Shown here: positions 1 through 9,429 of the stretch, piece after piece
Numbering within the stretch: position 1 is the first letter of the stretch
Layout of the letters: every line of letters starts with the position of its first letter
From: a virus
Taxonomy: Duplodnaviria > Heunggongvirae > Uroviricota > Caudoviricetes
Virus record (IMG/VR): IMGVR_UViG_2711768047_000011
Strand: one strand, 5' to 3'
DNA length: 37,931 nt
Notes under the pieces: generated by a model
The model's input: the letters and a program-made list of their open reading frames with translations, nothing else
What the model was told of the DNA's origin: nothing
Database searches by the model: none
Translations under genes and position numbers: made by a program

Positions 1-1056
1 TTATTGCGGGGTAATGCCAACCGCTGCCGCCACTTTGTCGCCATTTGGTAACGTTGCCAGTGGATTGAAACGGAGCGCCGTTTCCAAATGATCCGGTGCC
101 AGATGCGCATAACGCATAGTCATTTTTATATCGTGGTGTCCGAGAATTTTTTGTAAGGCCAAGATGTTTCCACCCGACATCATGAAGTGCGCCGCAAACG
201 TATGGCGCAGAACGTGTGTCAGTTGACCGCGAGGGAGAACGATAGACGTTTTTTCCATCACGGATAAAAATTGAAAATAGCAGTCTGTGAAGAAATTGAA
301 CCCATCGAGCGCCATGATCTCTTCATAAAGCTCTTTACTGATAGGGATGCTTCTGTTTTTCTTCCCCTTCGTTCTCACAAAGGTGATTCGGTACTTGGTG
401 ACCTGTGAGCGGGTAAGATTGATTGCTTCTCGCCAACGTGCGCCTGTACTTAGACATATTTTTACCACCAGTGCCAGAATTGGGTTCTGACGTTTGCAGT
501 CAGACAGTAATTCGATAATCTGCTCATGTGTAAGCCATGCCATTTCCTTTTCTGCGATAGTGAATTTGCGCATCTTCTCTAATGGGTTTGGAAGTGTCCA
601 TTCACCCAGGCGGGAAAGTTCTCTGAAAACGCTGCTTAGATGGCTTTGCTCCAGGTTAACAGTAACTGGGCTTGCTCCTTTCTTCCATTTTTCACTGAAG
701 TAGATTTCACCAGTAAGGCGTTTATCGCGATAGTGAGCAAACATTTTTGAGGTGAGATCAGTTGCAAGGGGATTTCCCAAGGCGTCAACCATCAACAGCA
801 GCTTGTTGTAGACATGCTGTCCGGCAGTAAGAGATTTGCCATGTAATTTGAACCATAGCTCAACCATATCTTTCAGTGTCCGACGATCCACTGATTCGCC
901 CAGCCAGGGCTTTGCTTCTATTTCCCCCATGGTGTATCGCTCGAAGGCCAGTGCTTCGCCTTTGGTGGCGAATTGTTTACGCACACGACGCCCATTACGT
1001 CCGGCGGGGTAACATTCGCAAAGCCATTTCCCTGTGGTGAGTTTTCGTACTGCCAT
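1..1056 (-). CDS. int: P2-type tyrosine integrase
   Basis: ORF 1..1212; likely true start at ATG 1054..1056 (MAVRKLTTGKW..., RBS GGAGGG upstream). C-terminal HxxR...Y-type region (LRHTFAAHF, MRYAHLAPDHL) typical of phage integrases. Confidence 0.85.
   Translation of the reverse strand: MAVRKLTTGKWLCECYPAGRNGRRVRKQFATKGEALAFERYTMGEIEAKPWLGESVDRRTLKDMVELWFKLHGKSLTAGQHVYNKLLLMVDALGNPLATDLTSKMFAHYRDKRLTGEIYFSEKWKKGASPVTVNLEQSHLSSVFRELSRLGEWTLPNPLEKMRKFTIAEKEMAWLTHEQIIELLSDCKRQNPILALVVKICLSTGARWREAINLTRSQVTKYRITFVRTKGKKNRSIPISKELYEEIMALDGFNFFTDCYFQFLSVMEKTSIVLPRGQLTHVLRHTFAAHFMMSGGNILALQKILGHHDIKMTMRYAHLAPDHLETALRFNPLATLPNGDKVAAAVGITPQ
23..44. repeat. attL core candidate (GCTGCCGCCACTTTGTCGCCAT)
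   Basis: 21/22 identical to 34631..34652; lies within the last codons of int, as expected for P2-type attP core overlapping the int 3' end. Confidence 0.6.
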
Positions 1057-1244
1057 AAAAAATGCCCTCCAGTAGAGAGCATTTTCACTGTATGTATAAC
1101 CAGTGTCAATGTATGAAATCCTACGACCATACATCTCACTGAAGCCATAATTAAGTTGGCTATTCTTTTTGCTATGTGAGCATGTAACTTTTGCGGTTAA
1201 CCTGCGGCTCATTTTTATTTTAGGCGCAGATATAAAAGCAAAAG

Positions 1245-1436
1245 TTATCGTGAGTTTTTAGTACAGATTTTTTTGGATTTACTAATAGTTCCATCATTGC
1301 AAACGAATTTGCCATCTGAGGTACAGTGAGAAACACCTCCCTTTTTCCCTGAACAGGGATAATTTCTAGCATAGGTAGTTAGTGGGTTTAATAACAAAGA
1401 ACATGACAAAACCACAAAAAATACCTTACCAAGCAT
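1245..1436 (-). CDS. small secreted Cys-rich protein, unknown function (63 aa)
   Basis: RBS GGGAGGAAA before ATG; N-terminal signal-peptide-like hydrophobic segment ([19 protein letters not shown]) then a basic mature part with 4 Cys; AT-rich. Confidence 0.5.
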   Translation of the reverse strand: MLGKVFFVVLSCSLLLNPLTTYARNYPCSGKKGGVSHCTSDGKFVCNDGTISKSKKICTKNSR

Positions 1437-1451
1437 AGTTTCCTCCCGGTA

Positions 1452-2021
1452 CTATTTAACATACTTGACTGTTAAACTTATAATTTTACCAATTATTTCA
1501 ATGTCTTCTATCTTGCATTCGAACGCTCTGTTTCCACCCTCGACGAAGATTCTTCCGCCGGGTAAACGAGTAATGTCACGGATCGTTATTTCACCATCAA
1601 TACTTATTACCCATTTACCATCACGTATATCATCAAATTCCTTATCACAAATAAATTCAGAATTATTATCTGTGATTACAAAAAGACTCTTGAATGCCGA
1701 CGGTAGAAATCCCCTATCGAAAATATAAAAACCGTCTTCACACAAGGCCCCATCAGATAATACATATTTAGCAACTTCCATAGTATTTGTATTACCTGAA
1801 GTTTGCTTTGAACCATGCCCGGTTGTGAGCCAATTAAGCGAGGTGCCCGTTTCAAGGGCGCACTGGATTACCCATTCTGCGGGGAATGAGTCACGCATGT
1901 AGCGTGTGGCGAGTGTACTTTTAGAGATTCCTAAATGATCGCACAACGCCTGTCGAGTCTTGAATCCATAAGCTTCTACCATGCGCTCTATAGCGCCTCG
2001 TCCGCCTTTCTCCAAATTCAT
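1452..2021 (-). CDS. cI: 186-type CI immunity repressor (HTH)
   Basis: Resembles phage 186 CI family (EAYGF...L...HLGIS.STL..RY, CALETG..L.WL.TG); no LexA-like S24 peptidase motifs. ATG at 2019..2021 with GGAG RBS preferred over GTG at 2027. Confidence 0.75.
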   Translation of the reverse strand: MNLEKGGRGAIERMVEAYGFKTRQALCDHLGISKSTLATRYMRDSFPAEWVIQCALETGTSLNWLTTGHGSKQTSGNTNTMEVAKYVLSDGALCEDGFYIFDRGFLPSAFKSLFVITDNNSEFICDKEFDDIRDGKWVISIDGEITIRDITRLPGGRIFVEGGNRAFECKIEDIEIIGKIISLTVKYVK

Positions 2022-2027
2022 GGTCAC

Positions 2028-2146
2028 TCCAAGTGAACTTTTGTCTTGACGATTTCATTGTGCGATCGTATGTTTATGGTGTTCACAAAATACAAACGAT
2101 CCGTATTCGTCCTGATTAATCATCATTAAACGAGGAATGTTGCATC
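2028..2146. promoter_or_regulatory. lysis/lysogeny switch region (divergent promoters/operators between cI and apl)
   Basis: AT-rich divergent intergenic region containing dyad TTGTG-N21-CACAA; position equivalent to 186 pR/pL. Confidence 0.4.
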
Positions 2147-2368
2147 ATGAGACCTAACATTTCAATCACTCTTACCACGCCTCATGTGACTATTGAACGC
2201 TATAGCGAGCTGACAGGGCTGTCCATCGATACCATCAATGACATGTTGGCTGATGGACGCCTTATCCGTCACCGTTTGCGTAAAGATAAAAAACGCGAAA
2301 AAGTGATGATCAACATAGCAGCCATGACCGTTGATGCGCTTTCAGAATGCAATCTAAACCTTAATTAG
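2147..2368 (+). CDS. Apl/Cox-like excisionase-repressor (73 aa)
   Basis: Small basic first gene of the rightward early operon, opposite cI, RBS GAGGAA; position and size as 186 apl / P2 cox. Confidence 0.6.
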   Translation: MRPNISITLTTPHVTIERYSELTGLSIDTINDMLADGRLIRHRLRKDKKREKVMINIAAMTVDALSECNLNLN

Positions 2369-2400
2369 TTCGATTCTGAAATACATCAGAGGCATTGACC

Positions 2401-2910
2401 ATGTTTGATTACCAAGTTTCCAAACATCCACATTTTGATGAAGCCTGTCGTGCATTCGCACTGCGCCACAATCTGGTGCAACTGGCAGAACGTGCAGGTA
2501 TGAATGTGCAGATTCTGCGGAACAAACTGAACCCAGCTCAACCTCATTTATTAACCGCACCAGAAATTTGGTTGCTTACCGATCTGACTGAAGATTCAAC
2601 GCTGGTAGATGGTTTTCTGGCACAGATTCACTGCCTGCCATGTGTTCCGATTAATGAGGTAGCAAAAGAGAAACTGCCGCATTACGTCATGAGTGCAACC
2701 GCAGAGATCGGGCGTGTTGCTGCAGGTGCGGTATCTGGCGATGTAAAAACCAGTGCAGGTCGTCGTGATGCTATCAGCAGCATTAACTCTGTAACACGAC
2801 TGATGGCGCTGGCTGCTGTTTCATTGCAGGCCCGTTTACAGGCTAACCCTGCGATGGCGAGTGCAGTTGATACCGTGACTGGCCTCGGTGCTTCATTCGG
2901 TTTGCTGTGA
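2401..2910 (+). CDS. cII: phage 186-type CII regulatory protein
   Basis: [20 protein letters not shown]... strongly resembles the 186 CII N-terminus; ATG at 2401 preferred over TTG at 2395. Confidence 0.8.
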   Translation: MFDYQVSKHPHFDEACRAFALRHNLVQLAERAGMNVQILRNKLNPAQPHLLTAPEIWLLTDLTEDSTLVDGFLAQIHCLPCVPINEVAKEKLPHYVMSATAEIGRVAAGAVSGDVKTSAGRRDAISSINSVTRLMALAAVSLQARLQANPAMASAVDTVTGLGASFGLL

Positions 2911-2917
2911 GGTGCTT

Positions 2918-3118
2918 ATGCTTACGAAAGAACCATCATTTGCATCGCTGCTTGTTAAACAAAGCCCGGCAATGCACTACGGTCACGGCTGGATCATGGG
3001 TGAGGATGGTAAACGCTGGCATCCGTGCCGTTCACAAGATGAATTGCTGGCAGAACTATCTACGAAAAAACGGGGGAACAAATGGCTATTGAAGGCGCTG
3101 CGGCGACTGTTCCATTAA
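2918..3118 (+). CDS. hypothetical early protein (66 aa)
   Basis: ORF with GAGGTG RBS before ATG 2918; same strand, operon-packed. Confidence 0.4.
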   Translation: MLTKEPSFASLLVKQSPAMHYGHGWIMGEDGKRWHPCRSQDELLAELSTKKRGNKWLLKALRRLFH

Positions 3119-3423
3119 GCCCCGGTGAACGCCTGAATGGACTTAATCACATTGCGGAGTTAAGGGCGAAAGTTTTTGGTCTGAATATTGAGTCAGAGCT
3201 TGAACGGTTTATTAAAGATATGCGTGATCCACGGGATATTAATAGCGAACAAAATAAACGGGCACTGGCTGCCATATTCTTTATGGCAAAAATTCCAGCT
3301 GAACGTCATAGCATCAGCATTAATGAGCTGACCACTGACGAAAAGCGGGAGTTGATTAAAGCAATGAATCATTTTCGTGCAGTGGTGAGCTTATTTCCCA
3401 GACGGCTAACCATGCCGAATTAA
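3082..3423 (+). CDS. hypothetical early protein (113 aa)
   Basis: ATG 3082 with GGGGGAA RBS; packed in early operon. Confidence 0.45.
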   Translation: MAIEGAAATVPLSPGERLNGLNHIAELRAKVFGLNIESELERFIKDMRDPRDINSEQNKRALAAIFFMAKIPAERHSISINELTTDEKRELIKAMNHFRAVVSLFPRRLTMPN

Positions 3424-3490
3424 CCAACTAATGAAATTAATGGCGTAAACCCGCCAGGCATCCCTTTATCTAAATTCAGGAGAATTGATT

Positions 3491-3724
3491 ATGCGTAATA
3501 TTGAAACCCTCACGACCAAAACCGGACCGGATGACGCAGGGCTTAATATTTTACTGACAGAGGCTCGTCTGGAAGAACGCCGGGCAAGGGCTGAAGCAAT
3601 GGCAGCTCGCCTTGATAGCCTGGCGTGTCATATCACATCCCGCCAGCTAAACCACGTCGAAGCGGCAGAACTGCTTCGTGTGACTGCTGAAGCAATCCAG
3701 AACGAAGCGCAGGAGATCCACTAA
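3491..3724 (+). CDS. hypothetical early protein (77 aa)
   Basis: AGGAG RBS before ATG 3491; stop overlaps next start (TAATG). Confidence 0.45.
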   Translation: MRNIETLTTKTGPDDAGLNILLTEARLEERRARAEAMAARLDSLACHITSRQLNHVEAAELLRVTAEAIQNEAQEIH

Positions 3725-3951
3725 TGGCTGATGCAATGGATCTCGTACAGCAGCGCGTTGAAGAAGAACGCCAGCGTCATATCCATGCTGCCCGTGCCAA
3801 AACGCCGGGCGTGTCCCGCGTGCTTTGCATTGAGTGTGAAGCGCCAATTCCGCCAGCACGCCGCCGTGCCATTCCGGGTGTGCAGCTTTGCATTACCTGT
3901 CAGGAAATCGCAGAGCTGAAAGGCAAACATTACAACGGAGGTGATGTATGA
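3724..3951 (+). CDS. TraR/DksA-family C4 zinc-finger protein
   Basis: CIECEAPIP...CITCQ four-cysteine motif with basic linker, typical of phage TraR/DksA-like proteins. Confidence 0.65.
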   Translation: MADAMDLVQQRVEEERQRHIHAARAKTPGVSRVLCIECEAPIPPARRRAIPGVQLCITCQEIAELKGKHYNGGDV

Positions 3952-4805
3952 GCACCATCCTGAAATGGGCGGGAAATAAAACTGCCATAATGTCAGAACT
4001 GAAAAAACATCTTCCTGCTGGCCCGCGACTGGTTGAACCTTTCGCGGGTTCCTGTGCTGTGATGATGGAGACGGATTATCCCAGCTATCTGGTTGCGGAT
4101 ATTAATCCTGATTTAATCAACCTCTATAAAAAGGTTGCCGCTGATTGTGAATCATTTATATCTCGCGCCAGAGTTTTATTTAAGGAAGCAAACAGGGAGG
4201 TGGCTTATTACAACATAAGGCAGGAGTTTAATTACTCAACTGAAATTACTGATTTCATGAAAGCGGTATATTTCCTGTATCTCAATCGTCACGGTTACCG
4301 TGGTTTATGTCGCTATAACAAGAGCGGGCATTTCAACATTCCCTACGGTAATTATAAAAATCCGTATTTCCCTGAAAAAGAAATTCGCGCATTTGCAGAA
4401 AAAGCCCAGCGGGCAACGTTTATCTGCGCCAGCTTTGATGAAACGCTGGCGATGTTGAAGGCGGGGGATGTGGTGTATTGCGATCCGCCGTATGACGGTA
4501 CGTTTTCCAGCTATCACACTGATGGTTTCACTGAAGATGACCAGTATCACCTGGCATCCGTTCTTGAACATCGGTCATCAGAAGGACATCCGGTCATTGT
4601 TTCTAACAGTGACACATCCCTGATCCGTTCGCTGTATCGCAATTTTACTCACCACTATATCAAGGTAAAACGCAGCATCGGTGTGGCAGCTGGCGAGGGT
4701 AAATCAGCAACAGAAATCATTGCTGTTTCCGGGCCGCGCTGCTGGGTGGGATTTGATTATTCGCGTGGCGTGGATAGTTCTGCCGTGTACGGAGTACGTG
4801 CATGA
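3948..4805 (+). CDS. dam: DNA adenine methyltransferase (Dam family, N6-A)
   Basis: N-terminal LKWAGNK SAM-binding motif and catalytic DPPY (CDPPYDG); GGAGGTGA RBS. Confidence 0.85.
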   Translation: MSTILKWAGNKTAIMSELKKHLPAGPRLVEPFAGSCAVMMETDYPSYLVADINPDLINLYKKVAADCESFISRARVLFKEANREVAYYNIRQEFNYSTEITDFMKAVYFLYLNRHGYRGLCRYNKSGHFNIPYGNYKNPYFPEKEIRAFAEKAQRATFICASFDETLAMLKAGDVVYCDPPYDGTFSSYHTDGFTEDDQYHLASVLEHRSSEGHPVIVSNSDTSLIRSLYRNFTHHYIKVKRSIGVAAGEGKSATEIIAVSGPRCWVGFDYSRGVDSSAVYGVRA

Positions 4806-7216
4806 GCCATGCCGATATGAACAACTGCTGCGGCTTTAACGAGGCTGCCGCAGCGTTCTCATGGAACAGCCCGAAAAAGGCCATTAACCCTTATCTGGAC
4901 CCGGCGGAAGTTGCGCCGGTTTCTGCGCTTTCAAACCTGATCACTCTGTACGCTGCCGATAACGAGCAGGAACAGTTGCGCCGCGAGGCACTGAGTGATC
5001 AGGTCTGGGAGCGTTATTTTTTTAATGAATCACGTGATCCTGTCCAGCACGAAATGGAGCAGGATAAGCTCATTAGCCGGGCAAAGCTGGCGCATGAGCA
5101 GCAGCGTTTTAATCCGGATATGGTCATTCTGGCGGACGTCAACGCCCAGCCTTCCCATATCAGCAAGCCGCTGATGCAACGTATTGAATACTTCAGCAGC
5201 CTGGGCAGGCCAAAGGCTTATTCCCGCTATTTACGTGAGACGATTAAGCCATGTCTGGAACGACTGGAGCATGTACGCGACAGCCAGCTATCTGCATCTT
5301 TTCGTTTTATGGCAAGCCATGTAGGGCTGGACGGCCTGCTGATTCTGCCTGAAATGAGTCAGGATCAGGTGAAACGCCTGTCTACCCTTGTCGCTGCGCA
5401 TATGAGCATGTGCCTTGATGCAGCTTGTGGTGATTTGTATGCCACCGATGACGTTAAGCCAGAAGAAATCCGCAAGACATGGGAAAAGGTGGCAGCGGAA
5501 ACCCTGCGTCTGGATGTTATCCCGCCTGCGTTTGAGCAACTCCGTCGGAAAAGAAACCGCCGTAAACCCGTGCCCTATGAACTCATTCCGGGTTCGCTGG
5601 CGCGTATGTTGTGCGCCGACTGGTGGTACCGGAAATTATGGAAAATGCGTTGCGAATGGCGGGAAGAGCAGTTGCGTGCTGTCTGCCTGGTCAGCAAAAA
5701 AGCATCTCCCTATGTCAGCTATGAAGCCGTGATGCATAAACGTGAGCAGCGCCGCAAGTCACTGGAGTTTTTCCGTTCTCATGAACTGGTGAACGAAGAG
5801 GGCGACACGCTGGATATGGAAGACGTGGTAAACGCCAGCAGCAGCAACCCGGCGCACCGCCGCAATGAGATGATGGCCTGTGTTAAAGGTCTGGAGCTTA
5901 TCGCGGAAATGCGCGGTGACTGCGCCGTTTTCTACACCATTACCTGTCCGTCACGTTTCCATTCCACGCTCAATAACGGCAGACCAAACCCAACTTGGAC
6001 AAATGCGACGGTAAGACAAAGCAGCGATTATCTGGTCGGCATGTTTGCTGCATTTCGTAAGGCGATGCACAAAGCCGGATTACGCTGGTATGGCGTGCGG
6101 GTGGCTGAGCCGCATCATGACGGTACAGTTCACTGGCACCTGTTGTGTTTTATGCGCAAAAAAGACCGCCGCGCCATCACTGCATTGTTGCGTAAGTTTG
6201 CCATCCGTGAAGACCGCGAGGAACTGGGTAATAACACTGGTCCACGCTTTAAATCTGAGCTGATAAACCCGCGCAAAGGAACACCGACAAGCTACATCGC
6301 GAAATACATTAGTAAGAACATTGACGGGCGTGGTCTGGCTGGCGAGATCAGCAAGGAAACGGGTAAATCCCTGCGTGATAACGCTGAATACGTTAATGCC
6401 TGGGCGTCTCTGCATCGTGTTCAGCAATTCCGCTTCTTTGGCATTCCGGGGCGTCAGGCTTACCGTGAACTGCGATTGCTGGCTGGTCAGGCGGCAAGGC
6501 AACAGGGGGACAAAAAAGCAGGTGCGCCGGTACTGGATAACCCGCGCCTTGATGCCATCCTGGCTGCTGCTGATGCCGGTTGTTTTGCCTCCTACATCAT
6601 GAAGCAGGGCGGCGTACTGGTTCCCCGCAAATATCACCTCATCAGAACCGCTTATGAAATCAACGAAGAGCCGACCGCCTATGGCGATCACGGTATTCGT
6701 ATTTATGGCATCTGGTCACCCATTGCAGAGGGTAAGATCTGCACTCATGCAGTGAAGTGGAAAATGGTTCGTAAAGCCGTTGACGTTCAGGAGGCGGCAG
6801 CCGACCAGGGCGCTTGCGCCCCTTGGACTCGTGGCAATAACTGTCCCCTTGCTGAAAATTTGTACCAACAAGGGAAAGACAAATCAGCTGATGGGGATAC
6901 CAGAACGGATATCATCCGTATGGATGACAAGGAGTTGCACGATTATCTGCACAGTATGAACAAAAAAGAGCGCCGAGAACTGGCTGCAAGGTTACGCCTG
7001 GTGAAACCGAAACGGCGTAGAGACTACAAACAGCGAATTACAGACCATCAACGACAGCAGCTCGTCTATGAACTGAAGTCCAGAGGATTTGATGGCAGCG
7101 AGAAAGAGGTCGATTTACTCCTTCGCGGCGGCAGCATTCCGTCAGGAGCAGGCCTGCGAATCTTCTATCGGAACCAGCGTTTGCAGGAAGATGATAAGTG
7201 GCGGAACCTGTATTAA
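4802..7216 (+). CDS. rolling-circle replication initiation endonuclease (P2 gpA-like)
   Basis: 804 aa; HUH-type motif (TVHWHLLCF) and tandem-Tyr region ([12 protein letters not shown]); start overlaps dam stop. Confidence 0.85.
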   Translation: MSHADMNNCCGFNEAAAAFSWNSPKKAINPYLDPAEVAPVSALSNLITLYAADNEQEQLRREALSDQVWERYFFNESRDPVQHEMEQDKLISRAKLAHEQQRFNPDMVILADVNAQPSHISKPLMQRIEYFSSLGRPKAYSRYLRETIKPCLERLEHVRDSQLSASFRFMASHVGLDGLLILPEMSQDQVKRLSTLVAAHMSMCLDAACGDLYATDDVKPEEIRKTWEKVAAETLRLDVIPPAFEQLRRKRNRRKPVPYELIPGSLARMLCADWWYRKLWKMRCEWREEQLRAVCLVSKKASPYVSYEAVMHKREQRRKSLEFFRSHELVNEEGDTLDMEDVVNASSSNPAHRRNEMMACVKGLELIAEMRGDCAVFYTITCPSRFHSTLNNGRPNPTWTNATVRQSSDYLVGMFAAFRKAMHKAGLRWYGVRVAEPHHDGTVHWHLLCFMRKKDRRAITALLRKFAIREDREELGNNTGPRFKSELINPRKGTPTSYIAKYISKNIDGRGLAGEISKETGKSLRDNAEYVNAWASLHRVQQFRFFGIPGRQAYRELRLLAGQAARQQGDKKAGAPVLDNPRLDAILAAADAGCFASYIMKQGGVLVPRKYHLIRTAYEINEEPTAYGDHGIRIYGIWSPIAEGKICTHAVKWKMVRKAVDVQEAAADQGACAPWTRGNNCPLAENLYQQGKDKSADGDTRTDIIRMDDKELHDYLHSMNKKERRELAARLRLVKPKRRRDYKQRITDHQRQQLVYELKSRGFDGSEKEVDLLLRGGSIPSGAGLRIFYRNQRLQEDDKWRNLY

Positions 7217-7308
7217 TTACGCGGGTTAACAATTCGTGCTCTTAATAATACCAGGCATATCAGGCTGATGAACGTAAAAAAACGTTTTACATCAGTAAGA
7301 TTATTATA

Positions 7309-7328
7309 TACTGTAAATATAAACAGTG
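7309..7328 (+). promoter_or_regulatory. LexA (SOS) box TACTGTAAATATAAACAGTG
   Basis: CTGT-N8-ACAG with AT-rich spacer, near-consensus; 40 bp upstream of the GGAGG RBS of the ORF at 7370. Confidence 0.6.
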
Positions 7329-7369
7329 GTTATACATACAGTATTGCTTGTGGTGTCATAGGAGGAAAA

Positions 7370-7558
7370 ATGCAGGACTATTTTTTGGAGTCTTTGAAGC
7401 TCCAACGCATTGATTTTTTTCTTAAGCTTGTAGCGGCTAGTGAGTGTAGTGATGAAGAGAAGGGGCTGGCTTTGCAGTGGGTTTCTGAACTAACAGATGA
7501 ACTCATGGCAAAAATCAGAACCCACGAATACAACCGCTCAATGGATGTCATCAGTTGA
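7370..7558 (+). CDS. small hypothetical protein (62 aa), first gene of putative SOS operon
   Basis: Strong GGAGG RBS then ATG 7370; the longer reading from 7268 would span the LexA box and is unlikely. Confidence 0.4.
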   Translation: MQDYFLESLKLQRIDFFLKLVAASECSDEEKGLALQWVSELTDELMAKIRTHEYNRSMDVIS

Positions 7559-7568
7559 GGTGACTTTT

Positions 7569-7802
7569 ATGCGCATTGAAATAATGATCGATAAAGAGCA
7601 GAAGATTAGCCAGTCTATCCTGGACGCCCTTGAATCCGAGCTTTACCGCAATCTGCGCCCCCTGTATCCAAAAACGGTAATTCGTATCCGCAAAGGTAGC
7701 TCTAACGGTGTGGAACTGACCGGACTGCAACTGGACGAAGAAAGGAAGCAAGTGATGAAAATTATGCAGAAGGTGTGGGAAGACGATAGCTGGCTGCATT
7801 AA
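7569..7802 (+). CDS. DinI-family (damage-inducible protein I-like) protein
   Basis: MRIEIMIDKEQ...LDALESELYRNL...KIMQKVWEDDSWL matches the DinI fold signature; own RBS GAGGTGA. Confidence 0.8.
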   Translation: MRIEIMIDKEQKISQSILDALESELYRNLRPLYPKTVIRIRKGSSNGVELTGLQLDEERKQVMKIMQKVWEDDSWLH

Positions 7803-7810
7803 GAAACGTT

Positions 7811-7840
7811 GCCCCCAGTAGGGTTCATTCTGATGGGGGC
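7811..7840 (+). terminator. hairpin after dinI-like gene
   Basis: GCCCCCA...TGGGGGC inverted repeat directly after the stop; no strong T-run. Confidence 0.3.
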
Positions 7841-7976
7841 TAGTTTGAGCAACGAGTGAAACGAGGCGTTAGGTGGGAGGCCATTTTGATAAGTTATCAC
7901 CCACTTTATACCAATAACAGAACTGCGTAATAACTATTTACCTCGGGGGAAGATGTGAGCCATACAAATTTCAGTA

Positions 7977-9035
7977 TTAATTTTCAATTCCCTCCATTTT
8001 ACAATGAGTTTTTTCCCAGAACTGTAATACAACAGGACTAGCCCACTCTGGCATCAGTGCGTTATTTAAAAAACTGAAAACATCATGAGACGCATCAGCA
8101 TTTTTTCTAAGGAATTTCCAGCCTTTTCTAGTATTTATCTCAACAATACCTAACCCACCATCATCAAACATATGCATCTTGAATTCAGGATTGTTTACAC
8201 CTAGAGATTTTATTTCTTTTATGTATGGACTATCTTCATCCATAAATATTTTCTCTATGTGCTTAGCACAATGATATATTTTATTTCGATAAGTTGATAC
8301 GCTCACAGCGGTACGCGCTGTTGTTATTCCCATTCCTAATGGGGCATATGCTTTTCCATCCATCACTACGGGCAGATTTATTCCATTTTTTCTTAAGTTT
8401 GCAATATCTGAATCTGTAGTTGGATGAATACAAGCTAAGCCTGAAATACCTTTCATTTCAAATATTTCTGCTGCTTCTGGCCAGTTGCGTATGAATGTTT
8501 CTACCAAATCTCTTTGAGAAAAAAGATTTGGTTCTATGTTTTTATCATGATGTTTTATATCAATAAAAAGCACAGCGTTTGAGTACACCTTCAGGAATAA
8601 TACCCACTCAGCACGATCTGAGTATTTTTTACTTGAACTTACTGGATTTAATGGCAGATGGAGGTGATGAATCCCCCAATCAGCCCATAGGTTATCCGTT
8701 CTTTTCGTCGCCTTTTTACCGCTTGTGTCATTGAATAATGTTAATGTTTTACTCTGATAAGGATTTACATCACCACCAGTAGTAAACAACATCTCGATTC
8801 TCTGCAATCCAACCCTTGCGCCATCGTGAATATTTTCAGGAAATCGATCTGATTTTAAAATTATTCGTTTTTGTGGAGCAATGTAGCGTAAAAGAAAATC
8901 ACACCACCTCAGTAGAGGATCGTGAAGATTTGAGTGCCCGGATTCATCATATAATAACCCAAATGCTTGAATTCCCTTCTCTGAAATTTCGTCAATATCT
9001 TTGATTAGATCAATATTTTTTCGTGCGTCCAACAT
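7977..9035 (-). CDS. hypothetical protein (352 aa), hotspot cargo of unknown function
   Basis: AT-rich ORF on opposite strand to flanking phage genes; GGAG RBS before ATG; no family recognised by eye. Confidence 0.6.
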   Translation of the reverse strand: MLDARKNIDLIKDIDEISEKGIQAFGLLYDESGHSNLHDPLLRWCDFLLRYIAPQKRIILKSDRFPENIHDGARVGLQRIEMLFTTGGDVNPYQSKTLTLFNDTSGKKATKRTDNLWADWGIHHLHLPLNPVSSSKKYSDRAEWVLFLKVYSNAVLFIDIKHHDKNIEPNLFSQRDLVETFIRNWPEAAEIFEMKGISGLACIHPTTDSDIANLRKNGINLPVVMDGKAYAPLGMGITTARTAVSVSTYRNKIYHCAKHIEKIFMDEDSPYIKEIKSLGVNNPEFKMHMFDDGGLGIVEINTRKGWKFLRKNADASHDVFSFLNNALMPEWASPVVLQFWEKTHCKMEGIEN

Positions 9036-9301
9036 ACTAACTCCGTTTAAATATAATTTTTTAGTATTTCAGTTAATTAATATCTATACGCCGTTATAGC
9101 TGAATTTTCCGGTGATTTCAGGGCACATTAACCAATTTAGATAATACTATAGTAATGGTTGGGCTGATTTTTCAAGAACAAAAGTAATTTTCAAGCTTTG
9201 TAACATGTTGATTTTCCACTTTTCGCTCAAGCGGGCTTTCATCTTTGCAAGCCCATATGTTCGTTTTTCAAGCGATTATTCAGATACGTTAACTTCCCAT
9301 G

Positions 9302-9410
9302 GCAGTGCATGACTATGCTGCATGAAATCGCATGATCGATCGAGGATCGTCTATGCTTAGACCAGCCAGAAATGGCGGGCTTTTGCTCATGTCATGCAGC
9401 TGCATGAAAA
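9302..9410. repeat. cos-flanking repeat cluster
   Basis: Direct repeat GCTGCATGAAA at 9317..9327 and 9399..9409; inverted pair GCAGTGCATGAC (9302..9313) / GTCATGCAGCTGC (9391..9403). Confidence 0.4.
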
Positions 9411-9429
9411 CCACTGCATAAAGTGGGCA

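Noticed and set aside
1-1212. Extended 403-aa integrase reading frame starting at 1212
   Set aside because: The N-terminal 52 residues have no counterpart in P2-type integrases; an internal ATG at 1054..1056 with a GGAGGG RBS gives the expected MAVRKL... N-terminus and about 350 aa.
1452-2027. Repressor as a LexA/lambda-CI-like self-cleaving (S24 peptidase) repressor
   Set aside because: No Ala-Gly cleavage site or Ser/Lys peptidase motifs are visible; the N-terminal region matches the 186 CI type, consistent with the LexA-controlled operon at 7300..7802 acting as the induction route.
6080-6691. Long antisense ORFs inside well-supported genes (e.g. 6080..6691 in A, 16089..16571 in N/M, 21955..22842 in J, 31172..32200 in T, 33034..33845 in D)
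   Set aside because: They lie entirely within GC-rich coding regions on the opposite strand, lack RBS-start arrangements, and are the expected product of codon bias; treated as spurious.
7268-7558. 96-aa version of the small ORF starting at ATG 7268
   Set aside because: It would start upstream of and read through the LexA box and promoter; the internal ATG at 7370 has a strong GGAGG RBS.
7977-9035. 352-aa protein as a homolog of P2 Old or Tin
   Set aside because: Old is a larger ATPase-nuclease with a P-loop; no GxxxxGK[ST] motif is present (SGKKATK is not canonical) and the size does not fit. Left as unknown.
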